Shown here: one piece after another, positions 12,101-22,965 of the stretch
Layout: every line of letters starts with the position of its first letter
How positions within the stretch are numbered: position 1 is the stretch's first letter
Assembly: GCF_016433145.1 (NCBI RefSeq)
Contig: NC_058130.1
Coordinates: 2,547,715-2,611,714 of the forward strand
Source of the DNA: Gracilinanus agilis
Lineage: Eukaryota
Length of the DNA stretch: 64,000 nucleotides
Direction of reading: 5' to 3'
Translations under genes and position numbers: made by a program
The notes under the pieces: generated by a model
Seen by the model: only the letters and a program-made list of their open reading frames with translations
Told to the model about the DNA's origin: nothing
Databases searched by the model: none

Positions 12101-15100
12101 TTCCTTGTCCAGTCCCCATCCCTGGCCCCCTACAGGATCAGGATCAGGCCCTGAATGTCTGTGTCTTCTGTTGGGCAGCTCATGAACTTACAGTCCCACT
12201 TTGGGGCTGATGACCGATTCCGAATGGATGCTCGCTTTTTGGAAAGTGAGAGTGAAGAGGAAGAGGAAGCAGAAGGTGAGTGTTTCATTATTGCCTTGGT
12301 TCTTCTCTTGACCGCCAGGCCATTCTCACCTCACTGGAGGAGCATTACTGGTCTCCCCAGATGTCCCTTTTTGGTCTTCTCAAATTGAGTAATGGAGCAG
12401 GTCTATACTGAGGAGCTGGGCCCCATATGTTTAGCCTCCCTAATGCCTCTGTCTCCACTGACTTTTGTTGCCTCTCTTCCCCACCCCTGCTGTGCTCTCC
12501 AGGTTCCCCACCTGGGGCCATCGATTCTTTGTTCTCTGTCGCTCGGCTGCTTTCTGCCATGGTGTGAAGGGCCTGACCCCTTAGTGGAGAGGACCCCATT
12601 GGGGCCATCTGTTGGGCATGCTGCTGGCTAGCCCTCTTGCCCAGAAGTAGCTCTTCTTGCCTCCCTGCAAGCTAAGAAGGAGGCCTCCTGGGCCAAGGCT
12701 GGTTTTCCCTGGTACTGGCACGTTGTCCCCAAGTGGGCTTGGCCTGGCACCTGGGGCAGACAGTGGCTATTAGAGAAGGCCCAGCTAGCAGGAATACAGG
12801 GAGAGTGACCTTTGGAGTAGCCAACCTTTTTATTTTTAGCTTTGATGATGCTGCTTTCCTAAAATACATAAACGATGTTTTGGGGGATGTCTGAGGGCTG
12901 TCTCTGCCCCAGCCCAGATCAGTCACGGGATCTCCATCCCTGGGCCTTCTTTGATATGGGTCCACAGTGAACCTTGGCCAGTCTCTCCTCGGGTAGGGTT
13001 ATGGTGATTCTGCTGCTGGCTCTTGCCATTCAGTCCAGCGGGCAGTTCTTCAGGGGCTGTCATGTAGCAGCAGGCCCTGTGCCAGTCACTGACTGAGGGG
13101 GCAGAGAGAGAGGTGAAATCCGCCTGGCCCTCATCAAGCTGACATTCTACTTGAGGAGGCAACAAAATAAGTACCACATACATAAGTGATGAACAAAGGA
13201 TGCAGGGAAATGGGGAAGAATTCCTTCTAGGAGAGTGCTCTGAGGACTCAGCTCTGGAGAAGGGAGAACATGCCAGATCTGTGCAGAGGCAGCAGGGCAG
13301 AGATGGCATGTCCTGTCTTGGGCTTGCAGCTTTAATGAGGCAGGATACTTGTTGAAAATGACAGGCAGTTGGGGGCAGCTGGGTAGCTCAGTGGATTGAG
13401 AGCCAGGTCTAGAGACGGGAGGTCCTGGGTTCAAATCCGGCCTCAGACACTTCCCAGCTGTGTGACCCTGGGCAAGTCACTTGACCCCCATTGCCTATCC
13501 TTACCACTCTTCCACCTATAATTCAATACACAGAAGTTAAGGGTTTAAAAAAAAAAATGACAGGCAGTGAGCTTGCAGGGGTCGCTGGAACAACCTGATT
13601 GTGAAGAGCTTTGAGAGTAGCTGGAAGGGCAGGGCTGTGGTCAACCCTGGGCTTTATGAGCTTCTGAGAAGCCCCACTAGGAGGTGTCACAGTGAAAGTG
13701 CTAGCTGTGTGACCCTGGAGAAGTCACTTGGCCACTGTGTGCCTCTGTTTATTCAGCTGTAAAATGGGGACAATCAGATCACCTACCTCTCAGAGCTGTG
13801 GTAGAATCAAATGGGGTGATGATTGTGTGGCTCTTTTGTACTGGACCTGGTACATAACAGGTGCTAATTTGAAATGCTTGAAACCTTCCTCTCTCCCCAC
13901 CCCCAGACTAGAGGGAGAGGTCAGCAAGGGGAGAGGAAATAGGTGGAAACTTGAGGGAGAAGCAGCAAGCCTGGACCCAAGAGTCCATGTGGGTATGAAG
14001 CTTCCAGGATGGCATTGAGGTGGAGCCTATGTGACTAGGACAGTGGGGGGGGGGGGGGGGTTGAGGGGAAAGTGGAAGAAAAGAAACTGGGTCAGTTCTG
14101 CTGCCATGTAGCCTCTGAGGCAAGGGTCAGCAATGTATGGCTCTTGAGCCATATCTGGCTCCACCTCCCGACCAGCCAGTCCGGGCAGAGCCCCAGGATG
14201 TGCCCCAGGGGGCCCTTCAGCCCCTGCCCCATATTCTAGCGCCTTCTTCCTCCATCCTCCTTCTGCAGGCATTTATGGCTCTCATGGCCAAAAAGGTTGC
14301 CGACCTTTGCTCTGAGGAGACAGGTGATAGAGGTCTTAGATGCAGATGTAGAGGATGTGTGGCCTTGGGTAGGTCATTTGCCAGGGACCTTCTGTGATGT
14401 CCTTTCTTGAGAGACTCTGGCCTGGAGCCCCAATGGCTTTGGGGGAAATTTTGTTATGGAACCAAGGATCTGGATACCATATTTCAGACCCTAGAACCTT
14501 GGCTGCACTGGCTTTAGTAAGAGAATCTCAAAACTTTCCTGCATCAAAACTCGTTCTCTCATGTCGGTATTTCTAGCTCCTCTGTAGGGCTGGGGCAGCC
14601 CCCTTTTGGCCCACCATTCTTGCAGCTTAAAGGGAGTGAGCCTGGCGCAGAGGGATGAGAGCTGGACTTACAGCTGCCACACTTCCTTCCTGTCTGTGCT
14701 TTGGGCTCTCTGGACCTTGGGCTTTTTTTTAAGTGTCAAATGAGAAGGGGGCTGGTGTGCAGGCCTCAGGGGCCCTCCTACTCGAAAACTTCAGGCTTCA
14801 CAGTGATGTGTCTTTTCCCCCAGATATGGTGTGCAGACATTGGGGGTGATCTCAGAAGGGAGGCCTCAGCATTGGGGGGTTGGGAGGGCATCAAGTGTCT
14901 TGAAGGAAGCCAAGAGCAGAAGGAGGGAGGTTGCTGTGTGGGCACAAGGGACAAGACCTGGGTCTCAGGGTAGTGGACTTACGGGTTGGGACTCTGAGGA
15001 GATCCAAGCCCTGTTCTGATTCCATCTGCCAGCCTCAGAGGGGGCTGGCTCAGGGTCTCCCTCAAAGGACAGTTTATAACATTTCACTCTCCACTTTGTC

Positions 15101-18100
15101 TTAAAGAGATCAAAAAAGCAGAAACAGCTGAGGAAGAGGAGCTCGTGGCTGAGAAAAAGAAAAACCTGGATGTGATTAAAAACCTTCTACGCACTGGCCA
15201 TCCAGCTCCGAAACCAAGCCAAGAGGAAATGGCCGCAAAGCAGTTCAGGTGCGAGCATCCTCCATGTTTCTGCTCATGGGGAGGTGCCTCTGAGGGTGCT
15301 AGACAAGGTCTCGGTCTATATGGGGACCTGGGGGCCCCCCCTTCCTGCTCAGCCGCCTCTCCAGGGCTGCTAATCCCTCTGCTCTTGGCCATAGGAATAT
15401 CGTACGGTATGATCCCACAAGGCTAGACCATGCCACGTTTGAAAGAAAAACAGACCCTGAGGAGAAGGAAAGGTAAAGGCCCAGCCCTCTCTGTTGCTCC
15501 TTCAGTGGGGGATTAGGCTTTGGCCGGAGGCTCCCCCTCACAGTCACGTCTCTGCTCCTGACAGCAAAGCCAGACGCAGGAAGAAGAGGGAGGAAGCAGA
15601 GAAGCTGCCCGAAGTGTCTAAGGATCTGTATCACAGCATCGCTGCTGATCTGAAGGACAGGTTCAGGGCCACAGAGCCAGCCCCAGGGGGCACAGGAGCC
15701 ACCGGCCCCTGGAATGAGACACCCGAGGAAATGGAGATGACTGAGGCCCCCTCAGCGGGTCCCAGCGAGTTCACCTTCTCCTTCTTTGGATCAGACAGCA
15801 GCGGGCCCAAAGAAGGTAAAGAGAAGCCATGTGGTCACTTCTCCCCATGTTGAGGGGGTGGGGGCGCTCTTCTTCCATCCCAGCATCAGCACACCAAGCC
15901 TGAATTAGCCATAACCTCGGTTTCCCCATCTGTAATATGGGAGTCATCATAGCCTCTACTTCCCAGGATGGCCGTGAGCATCCGGTGAGAATAGCACATA
16001 CCGGCACACAGAGAGTCACTATTAGGAGGAGGCGGAAGCCCCTTACTCTGTACAGGCAGAGGCAGCCCCCAGACTCAGCAATTAGTCCCAAGTGCCACCA
16101 TCAGTCAGTGACACCTCCACCCCCCCCCAAGAACCCCTAGAAGTGAGGCCCTTGATCCGATGGATTCCCTAGAATGTGGCACACGAGCGTGGCTTACCTG
16201 CCCTCCAGGCACCTGCTTGTTGCCCAACAGGCCACACAGTGCCCTTGGTCTTGAGACCCCTCTGGGATTAGGCCTCAGGGCCCCTGAGGTGGGACGTGAA
16301 TTCTGTCTTCAGGGCTTTGAGTAGGGTCCTACCTGGTGCTCCACTCGGAGGGGAGCAGCGGGGGGATTCCTTCAGCCCTCTTTGTTCTCTCCTTCGAGTC
16401 ATGAGACTTCCTCCTCCATCTGCTGTCATTTCTGGCTTTTATCTTGGAGGCCTTCTTTCGCCCCATGCCCTGTGTTCCTGGAGCCAGTACGAGGGCCGGG
16501 GACACCTCAGGTCAGCCCTCTGAGAGCCCCCGGAGCCTTTCAGGGCACTTGCTCCTCTCCTCCGGGCAGAAGGCTTGTTTCTCATAGGAGGGCTCAGGCA
16601 GGATGGTGGTCGCATCTCTTCTGGCAGTGAGCAGCAGAAGAGAGAATTCGGTCACCGACCTCAGATACTTTAGGGATTGGTGCTGGCCCTGTCCAGGCCA
16701 CCCAGTAACCTTGCCCAAGCAATGCTAGTGGTCTAGTTTGCGAGACGGGAAGGAGAGGGGAAAGCCGTGTCAGGGGGACAGTGGGGGCATGACTGATTGT
16801 CCTGAAGGCCAGCGGAGGAAGCCCAGGCCTGCTTCGGCCGGAGATCAGCCCCCCTCACGCCTCCGCTTAGCTGCATACCCAGTCTAAGAAGGGGCTTCAA
16901 AGGAGGAGAAGGGGTCCTCCTCAGTTTGGAGGGAGGCAGAGTCGCACGCTAGCAAAGGGCAGAACTGGGACTGATTTGGGGCTGGAGCTGTGGCTCGGGG
17001 TTTGCTGCCCCAAGCAGGGTCTCCAGGTGGTTCTCGCATCCACGCAGGGTTTTCTTTTTAAATTTGATCTGCCTAGGAACGCTCACAGCCATACTATGAT
17101 TAAGTATTTCCAGTCAGGGACAGCCCCCCCCCCCCCCCCCAGTCCACCGCTCAGCCGTCATTCCCTTTTGGGGCCTCCCTGACCCGTTCCATTTGTGTAG
17201 AGCCGTACAAGATTGAAGCAAGGGCACCTGGACGCATGGCCTGGCAGCAAGACCCTCGTTTCCAGGACAGTAGCTCTGAGGAGGACGACGAGGAGGAAGA
17301 GGTCGAGCCTGACAATGGGAGCAGAGAGGCGGCAGGAGCAGGGTAAGCCAAGATGGCGGGATTTCTAGGTCAGTGGCCGAAATGTCCACTTGCCTCCCGA
17401 GGCCCCCTCGTGCACCAGGCTCTCTGCATTAGTTGGCAGAGGAAGAGCACGGGGTGCGGCTGACCTGCTGGGGAGGTGCTGCTGTCTGTCCCTCCCCAGA
17501 CCAGTCACGGGTCCTCTCAGGTGTCCTGATGTGCTTGGGGGAGGGGGAGGGAAGTGGGGGTGCGCCACTTGTGTCTGTTAATAGAGGCAATATGAGGTGA
17601 CACCCTCCAGCCCCAGCAGGCAGGTATGCGTCTAGAGCCCTCGCTGTGTGCGCAGAGCATCCTTGGGCCTCCCTTACTCTTGTACGTGGGCTGGTGTATC
17701 CTGCCCTGGGGTCACCTGGGACACGTTTTCTCCCTGGCCTTGTCCGGCACGTTCTCATGGATGCCTGAGACTCTGTGACCTCTGTGATGTGTTGGTACCT
17801 CACTGGTTCTGAGTCAGGCTGACCCTTGAACTGAGCCCTGCCTGCTGTGCCTGCCTGTGAATGGGGCGGCTGCAGGAGGAGAGCCTCTAGCAGACAGGCT
17901 GGTCATTCGCTTCTGAGAGTAAACGCTTCTCTTTGGGTCTCTCCAGGGAAGTGCCGTTACCGGAAAAACCAGCCAGTCGCTTTTTCTTTTTCTTGGAGAA
18001 CGATGAACGACTAGGTGGTAAGGCTGCTTGGTTTTGCTTTCAACTGGTGGGAGAGCTCTAGTGGAAGCCTGTGAAAGGGCGTCTTGGCACCCTGATGGAC

Positions 18101-20911
18101 CTCAGGAAAAGGGGAACCTTGAATTCCAGAGCCGAAGGCCCCAGAGGGCAGTGTAGGGTCCAGCTGCCCACCCTGGGGCCTCTGTCCTGCCTTCTCTCAG
18201 CAAACAACCTGAACAGCCAAGGGGAGCGAGGGGCGGCCGTGACAGCGATGAGGGGTGGGGGAGATTTCTGTGCATCTTCGATAAGGAGAGCAGCTGATCT
18301 TAGAGGGCCTGCTGATCCCCGAAGGAGCTTGGAGGGTCCTCTGGAAAGGCCCAGGAGGGAGAAGGAAGCCAGGCTGACCAGAGGCAGGCCCAGGGATGGG
18401 AAGCCCCAACAAGGGGAAGAGGTGCCCCATCCCCTTCAGACTTCCCTGTGGCTGATTTCTGCGTGTGTGTATCATCCCTCCTTCATCCAGCTCAGAAGAG
18501 GAGCTTCCAGTGTTAGGACTCCCTCCCCCACATACATGTACATGCATGCACACACGTATGCACATGTTCTCTAGTACATTTCCTTTGACACCCTCTGAGG
18601 TCATCAGGGCCCAACAGTGCTACCCCTGGCCCTGTCTGGTCCCCCTTCTGCCATGATGATTTGGGCGGGGGGGGGGGGGCGGCAGGGGCACCTGCAACAT
18701 CTCTGGGGCTAAAACTTTCCCAAGTGCTTCTCTCCCTCGAGTCAGCCTTTTCCCACTCCTCAGCTCCAGGCTCTCCTTTGAGAGCCCTGGTGAGTTCTTG
18801 GTTCCCCTCTAGAATTGGGCTCAGTGTTGCTGGGTGACCCTGACCACAGCTCCTCCTCGAGCCTTGAATTCCTCCTCTGTGGCTGCTCACGGAGCCTGCC
18901 TTTTGTCCCAGGAGCCTGGGTTTGGGTCCTGCTGTTCCTGGGGTGTTCCTTGGAGGTTTGCCTCAGGCGGGTGCCAGCCCCACTTTGCCTTGGGCTCTCG
19001 GGGTTGGGGTGCTTCTTTGACGAGATCCTGAAACATGGTGCTGGCACTGTTTAAGTGGATCTGGCTTCCGGGGGGGGGGGGGCAGCGATATTTCCTCTTC
19101 CCTCCTCCATCTCTTGTCGATTGTGCTGTTTGAAGCCTCACATTTTCTCAATTTTCCCTGTCTTTGGCTGTTCTTTTTCCATTACCTCATGGAACCCGGG
19201 GCTGCTCCTGGGCCGCCTCCTTTTCTGAGAATTGGCGTCTCTTGGCTGCGGTCCTGGGTCTCTTCCACCAGGCTCCTCAGTCCTGCTCTGGTTCTTTGGG
19301 GGGTTCCCGTGTCTCACCTTCATTTGAAAACATTCGAGCTCTCCATCCGACCATTTGGAAAGCGCTTCTTCAGGTCGACTACCTGGAGGCTGAGCTGGCG
19401 GCTGAGCTGTGCTGGTCGTTGGAGTTTGAGTCCCTTTGGGGTGGGGGAGTCTGTCTGCTCGTCATCCAGGCTCCTTCTTGACTAAAGACTTCACACTAAG
19501 GCCAGTTTGGCAGACTTCTGCAGAGAAGGGCTGGCCCTTAAGCTCACGGGGAGAGGAGCCATTCGAGGCTCTCCCTTGGCTGCCCCAGCAATGGGCAAAC
19601 CCTTGGACCTTGCCCCTAACTGAACCCTCTGGAATCATGCCATTGGAATCTACTCATCCTCTCTCATCCCTCCAGTGTCTGGATCTCCCTCTCCTCCCAG
19701 CGTGGCCTCTGGCTATGGCCTTGGGGTCCTCGGGCCAACCTTGAGTTCTTCCACACCACACCACGCCACACTTTTGGTTCTCTTGCCCATGCCTGGGTCC
19801 TTCTAGTCATCAGTCCTGGTTTACCTCCTTCATTGCCTTTTCTGTTTCTACCCCCACCCCCTCAGAGGTTCCTCTGGACCCTGGACACAACCCTGGGTTC
19901 TCCCCCTGCTTTCCCAGCCTCTCAGTCTCCTCGGCTAAAGACTCGGGATCCTTGCTCACTGACCTCTTGGCTGCCAGCTGGGCAGCCCAGTTCCTCTCTC
20001 CTGTAGATTCTTTGCCCAGGCTCACTAGAGTGGGGGCTGCCCAGCTACCAGGGCCAGCCGTGCCCTCCACCTAGGCAGATTACACCTCCTCGGTAACTGG
20101 ACAGACAGACCAGCTGAGTCAGGCATCAAGGACCCCTTCCCTGCAGCCAGGAGGCCTGCTCAGTACCTGTCAGCTTGTACCCTGCTGGCAGAGCCTTCAG
20201 GAGCCCTGAGAAGCCTTTGTGTCCTGCCAGGCTCCTAGAGGAGGGCCTCCATCCCAGAACTGCTGAGAGTTAGTAATAGTGGGTCATCATGGCATGGTGT
20301 ACTATGAGAGATTTGTGAAGAACCCTGCTCACTGCCTCCCCATTGGAAGATGCAGTCAGAAGGAGGATCCCCATTTCACAGCCGGGGACACCGAGGCTCA
20401 GCCATTTAAGTGACAATAATCAAAGTCACACAGCTGCTCAGCATCCAAGACAGGGTTTGTGCCTGCTCTTCTGCCCCGAGGGAGGTCTGCCACAGGCTAG
20501 ATGGACACTGGTGGGGTGGAGGGAGACTACAAGGTCACTTAATAGTGGAAGGACCGGTTTTGTGAGAAAACCCTCATCCGCTTTGTTTTCTGGAAACAGT
20601 CGGCTTCTCTTTTCTCTTTAGTGGGGCCTGCGTCATTCTGGCAAGGCTCAGGAAGCCGTGCCAGCAGCGAAGACTGGGAATCCAGAACCGTGCTTCTACT
20701 GCAGGTGAATGGAGCGGAGAGGGCCCTGCCCAGAGGTGTCTGTGGGTGAGAGTGGGGATGCCAGGTTAAAACCAGGCCTAGGGAGGGTCCTGCCCACTCT
20801 GGGCTGACTCTAGGGTGGGTGGAGCCTTGGTGCCATCCTGTTGTTCTGACCTTGCTTCCCCAGGACTGCCGGAAGAAACACAAAGCAGCCAAAAGGAAAG
20901 CCAAGCCTTGA
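3044..20911 (+). CDS. NOL8: Nucleolar protein 8 (N-terminal RRM), complete CDS, 16 coding exons, 1166 aa
   Basis: exon lengths 139,63,79,151,69,1851,114,123,97,142,78,251,142,71,83,48 sum to 3501 nt in one frame; motifs KWKGGTLQxQLAKESFLHR-like, FHMKAVPGTEVPGHK, KYDPSKYCHNLKK, YDSGDTDEIIA and DCRKKHK match recalled human NOL8 (1167 aa). Confidence 0.96.
3581..3643 (+). CDS. NOL8: NOL8 coding exon 2
   Basis: ttctcag|; GNPEKTFAYVNV (RNP1-like); |gtgagt. Confidence 0.93.
3795..3873 (+). CDS. NOL8: NOL8 coding exon 3
   Basis: tttgcag|; LNKTAWKGGTLQVQLAKESFLHR; |gtatgg. Confidence 0.95.
5018..5168 (+). CDS. NOL8: NOL8 coding exon 4 (ends at a GC donor)
   Basis: LAKERLQAKAK...FHMKAVPGTEVPGHK; donor AAG|gcaagt. 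Confidence 0.9.
5169..5467 (+). other. NOL8: GC-AG intron of NOL8
   Basis: CACAAG|GCAAGT...ctcttag|GAT; this junction preserves the frame and the conserved PGHK-DWVVSK; the nearest GT (5173) would shift the frame. Confidence 0.85.
5468..5536 (+). CDS. NOL8: NOL8 coding exon 5
   Basis: DWVVSKFGRVLPVLHLRSQNKRK; 69 nt; followed by a U12 donor. Confidence 0.93.
5537..6570 (+). other. NOL8: U12-type (minor spliceosome) AT-AC intron of NOL8
   Basis: 5' end ATATCCTTT (5537-5545); branch site TTCCTTAAC (6552-6560); 3' end ...cctaAC|ATC; joins RK to ILKYDPSKY in frame. Confidence 0.93.
6571..8421 (+). CDS. NOL8: NOL8 coding exon 6 (large, 1851 nt)
   Basis: core of ORF 6487..8457; ILKYDPSKYCHNLKK...DNQKRLAALEER...LVHSALSSV; donor GTG|gtgagt. 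Confidence 0.95.
8866..8979 (+). CDS. NOL8: NOL8 coding exon 7
   Basis: KPTHIVFGSDSEEETEE; cccag| and CAG|gtaagg. Confidence 0.93.
9400..11400 (-). mobile_element. Old LINE-1 ORF2 (RT to 3' part) fragment, antisense, interrupted by a SINE; approximate ends
   Basis: T-rich plus strand with L1-typical antisense motifs (cctgttcatatcctttgac, ttttctgaatctatggagat, ttggtattgatttt-like tracts); no intact ORF. Confidence 0.7.
10171..10361 (-). mobile_element. Opossum tRNA-derived SINE (SINE1_Mdo-like)
   Basis: reverse complement reads ggggctgggtagctcagtggattgag...caaatctggcctcagacacttcccag...cccttaccactcttct-like...aagggcttaaa with an A-rich tail. Confidence 0.88.
11598..11720 (+). CDS. NOL8: NOL8 coding exon 8
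   Basis: GKTSGKLFESSED...RFQIKPQFEGKAGKK. Confidence 0.93.
12179..12275 (+). CDS. NOL8: NOL8 coding exon 9
   Basis: LMNLQSHFGADDRFRMDARFLESESEEE; G|gtgagt. Confidence 0.94.
13371..13553 (+). mobile_element. SINE1_Mdo-like SINE with a perfect 15-bp TSD
   Basis: A box tagctcagtgg, B box ggttcaaatcc, poly-A tail; TSD aaaatgacaggcagt at 13355-13369 and 13554-13568. Confidence 0.93.
13700..13880 (+). mobile_element. MIR/CORE-SINE remnant
   Basis: gctgtgtgaccctgg..aagtcactt...ctgtaaaatgggga core. Confidence 0.65.
15107..15248 (+). CDS. NOL8: NOL8 coding exon 10
   Basis: KKAETAEEEELVAEKKKNLDVI...AAKQFR. Confidence 0.9.
15395..15472 (+). CDS. NOL8: NOL8 coding exon 11
   Basis: NIVRYDPTRLDHATFERK. 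Confidence 0.92.
15565..15815 (+). CDS. NOL8: NOL8 coding exon 12
   Basis: KARRRKKREEAEKLPEVSKDLY...FTFSFFGSD. Confidence 0.93.
15915..16000 (+). mobile_element. MIR core remnant
   Basis: cctcggtttccccatctgtaatatggg. Confidence 0.55.
17201..17342 (+). CDS. NOL8: NOL8 coding exon 13
   Basis: PYKIE...WQQDPRFQDSSSEED; GG|gtaagc. Confidence 0.92.
17947..18017 (+). CDS. NOL8: NOL8 coding exon 14
   Basis: SRFFFFLENDERLG; donor G|gtaagg (a weaker in-frame donor lies 3 nt upstream). Confidence 0.88.
18750..19480 (-). mobile_element. Degenerate, GC-shifted LINE-1 ORF1 remnant (antisense); approximate ends
   Basis: minus-strand peptides FQDLVKEAPQPREPKAK..HPPE and HEVMEKEQPKTGKIEK resemble L1 ORF1p FQEIIKENCPDILEPEGK..SPPE and [15 protein letters not shown]. 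Confidence 0.55.
20622..20704 (+). CDS. NOL8: NOL8 coding exon 15
   Basis: FWQGSGS...DWESRTVLLLQ; CAG|gtgaat. Confidence 0.88.
20864..20911 (+). CDS. NOL8: NOL8 coding exon 16 (stop)
   Basis: DCRKKHKAAKRKAKP-TGA. Confidence 0.93.
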   Translation, partial: DCRKKHKAAKRKAKP

Positions 20912-21459
20912 AGAATGTCCTTCAGGGGCCAGGAGCTGTAGAAGGAGCAGGCTTCAGGGCAAAGCTCCTCCCAGGCTTGGGAACAGAGGCCCAGCTTGGG
21001 AGTCAGGCTGTTGGCCCTGGGTTTGAGTTCTGCCCCAGACAAATGCTGGCCCAGACAGGACTGCAGCCTCTCTATGAAGCCCCACACAACGATCCCTGCA
21101 GCCATTTACTCTGGCAAGGGGATCAGATAGTGCCAGGCTGGTGTGGCACCTATGCCCCACTCTGATGAAGCAGCAGGTACAGATGCCCACAAAGCCTGGC
21201 CCTGCGTGTGCCATGGGCCGGGCTGTAGACAGAAGGGGCGGCTGACCTCCCTCAGACTTGCCTGAAGAACGTGATAATGTAGACGGGCCAACAGCTCCTG
21301 TCGGGTTCTCTCCTTGGGCTTTCAGAAAGCTTTGGAACCAATGAAAGATTGACTGGTGTGAAAAGGGAAAATCCAAAAATTGGTCCTGGGGAGCCTTTGA
21401 GGCCCATTTCTGAGGGCCCCCCTTTCTCTGTTTGCAGTGCTGCCCTTTGGGGCTCCATC

Positions 21460-21465
21460 AATAAG
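21460..21465 (+). terminator. Candidate variant polyA signal (AATAAG) of NOL8
   Basis: no AATAAA/ATTAAA seen between the NOL8 stop and the IARS1 promoter; AATAAG is followed about 25 nt later by a GU/U-rich tract (gtgtttggcttctgttgtg). Confidence 0.4.
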
Positions 21466-22299
21466 AATGCTTACTGGACTCCCAACACGTGTTTGGCTTC
21501 TGTTGTGACGTCGTTGGTAGAAACAAGACTCGCTTGTTCTGGGTCTCTGGAGTCGGGCACTGGCTTGGAGGCTGGGGGTGGCAGGAGGAGGCAGGAAGCG
21601 GGGCTGCAGTGGCTTTCCTTAACCCCGAGGGAAGGCAGTGCCAAAGCTAGGGGCATCCAGACTCACCACCCAGCCTTGGGCCCCAGGCAGACTCACTGGC
21701 TCCTCCCCCTGGCCAGACTCGTGGGGCTTTGAGTAGAAGAGGGTTCTCACCACAGACATGGGAACAGGACTCAAGGGGCCATGACAGGGTTCGGAGCCCA
21801 GGAGCCCCCTCTGGGACCTTGATAGCCGTCAGGGCTCTGCTGTCCTGGCCCCTGGAAGCCACCGTGCCAGAGCTTCCTTTGCTCTGTGCCCCGAATGGCT
21901 GTGGGGAGGAGGATGGGCCCAGCTCCGGAGCTCAGCGTAGGCTGAGAGGCAGCAGGATGACTCGGTGGGCCCCCGGCCTGCCCTGGCTCTGGGAAGTGCT
22001 CGATGCTGCCCTGCCGGAGGGCCCGTGGCAGCTCAGGGAAGGTCCCCAAGAGCAGAAGGGAGGGCGGCCTGCTTGGTGGCCCCCAGGGGGTGGCCCTGCC
22101 CCAAGGAGCCGAGAGTCGGGCCACAGTCTGGCCTCTGAAGCCCCATCTCAACCCGTGGGACAGTGAGGGCACGTGCCAGGGTCCCGGCCTGCAATGGGGG
22201 GGAGGCGGGGAAGAGGGGCTCCCATCCCCAGCTAGGCAGTGGTGAGGGCCAGCTTCCACAGCCTTACAGGGGTCTGCCGACAGCCCTGCCCCGCAGGGC

Positions 22300-22577
22300 T
22301 AGCCGGAGCCCAATGGGAGCATCTGTAAAGCGCTTCACACTTGGCAGAAAGGGAAACAGACCCAGAGAGGGCGGAGAGGAGCTGCAGGTCACCCTAGAGG
22401 CCCGGGTCCCGCCCTCGGCGTCTTCCCCGTTGCCAGGACACCGGCTCCGCCAATGGGTCGCCACGTTGTTGGGTCGCGGCGGTCCCAGCGAGCTGATTGG
22501 TCGCGCTAAGGCCGGCCCTCCCTTCCGCTTCCGCTCATGCTTTCCTCTGGTTGCATCATTCCGCCAGATCGGCGCAG
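22300..22577 (+). promoter_or_regulatory. IARS1: IARS1 CpG-island promoter and non-coding exon 1
   Basis: CCAAT boxes at 22310, 22450 and 22496 (reverse); donor GCAG|gtgagt at 22578; exact TSS not determinable. Confidence 0.8.
22550..22558 (+). promoter_or_regulatory. C/EBP-ATF (amino-acid response, ATF4) element GTTGCATCA
   Basis: exact match to the consensus NTT(G/T)CATCA at the IARS1 5' end; cytosolic aminoacyl-tRNA synthetase genes are established ATF4 targets. Confidence 0.65.
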
Positions 22578-22965
22578 GTGAGTCTCTGCTTAGCCGGGCT
22601 GCGCTAGTTTGGGGGTCACTCGTCCCCGGGGTTGTATTCTGTGCGGCCCTGGGTGCGTGGGAGAAACCAAGGCCAGGAGGGGGCGGAAGGGGCTTCCTCC
22701 GGGAGGAGCCCGGCCCAGTGACGATCCTCCCCACGATTTCGGACCTCTGGGCTGCAGTCCGGCCCAAGACTCCCGGCTGCCTGCCTCAGTTCCCCTCTGT
22801 AAAATGGGAGACTTGCGGCGCCGCGGGCCTCAGCTGACCTTCCCGGCATTCGCGGCTCCAGAGGTGTGGAGGCCAGAGTGCCCCTCTATCCCCCTGTGCC
22901 CACTCCCGAGGCAGGGACGCCGGGATAAGCAGATTCCCCTCCTCACCCCACCTTCATCCCTGTCG

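Noticed and set aside
13371-13450. tRNA gene suggested by A and B boxes
   Set aside because: This is the tRNA-derived head of a SINE (body, poly-A tail and TSD present); the same applies to the other SINE heads. No bona fide tRNA, rRNA or CRISPR-like array was seen.
16605-16712. Hairpin-hinge-hairpin in NOL8 intron 12 resembling an H/ACA RNA
   Set aside because: Two plausible stems, but the hinge reads AGATAC (not ANANNA) and there is no ACA tail; such stems arise easily in GC-rich sequence.
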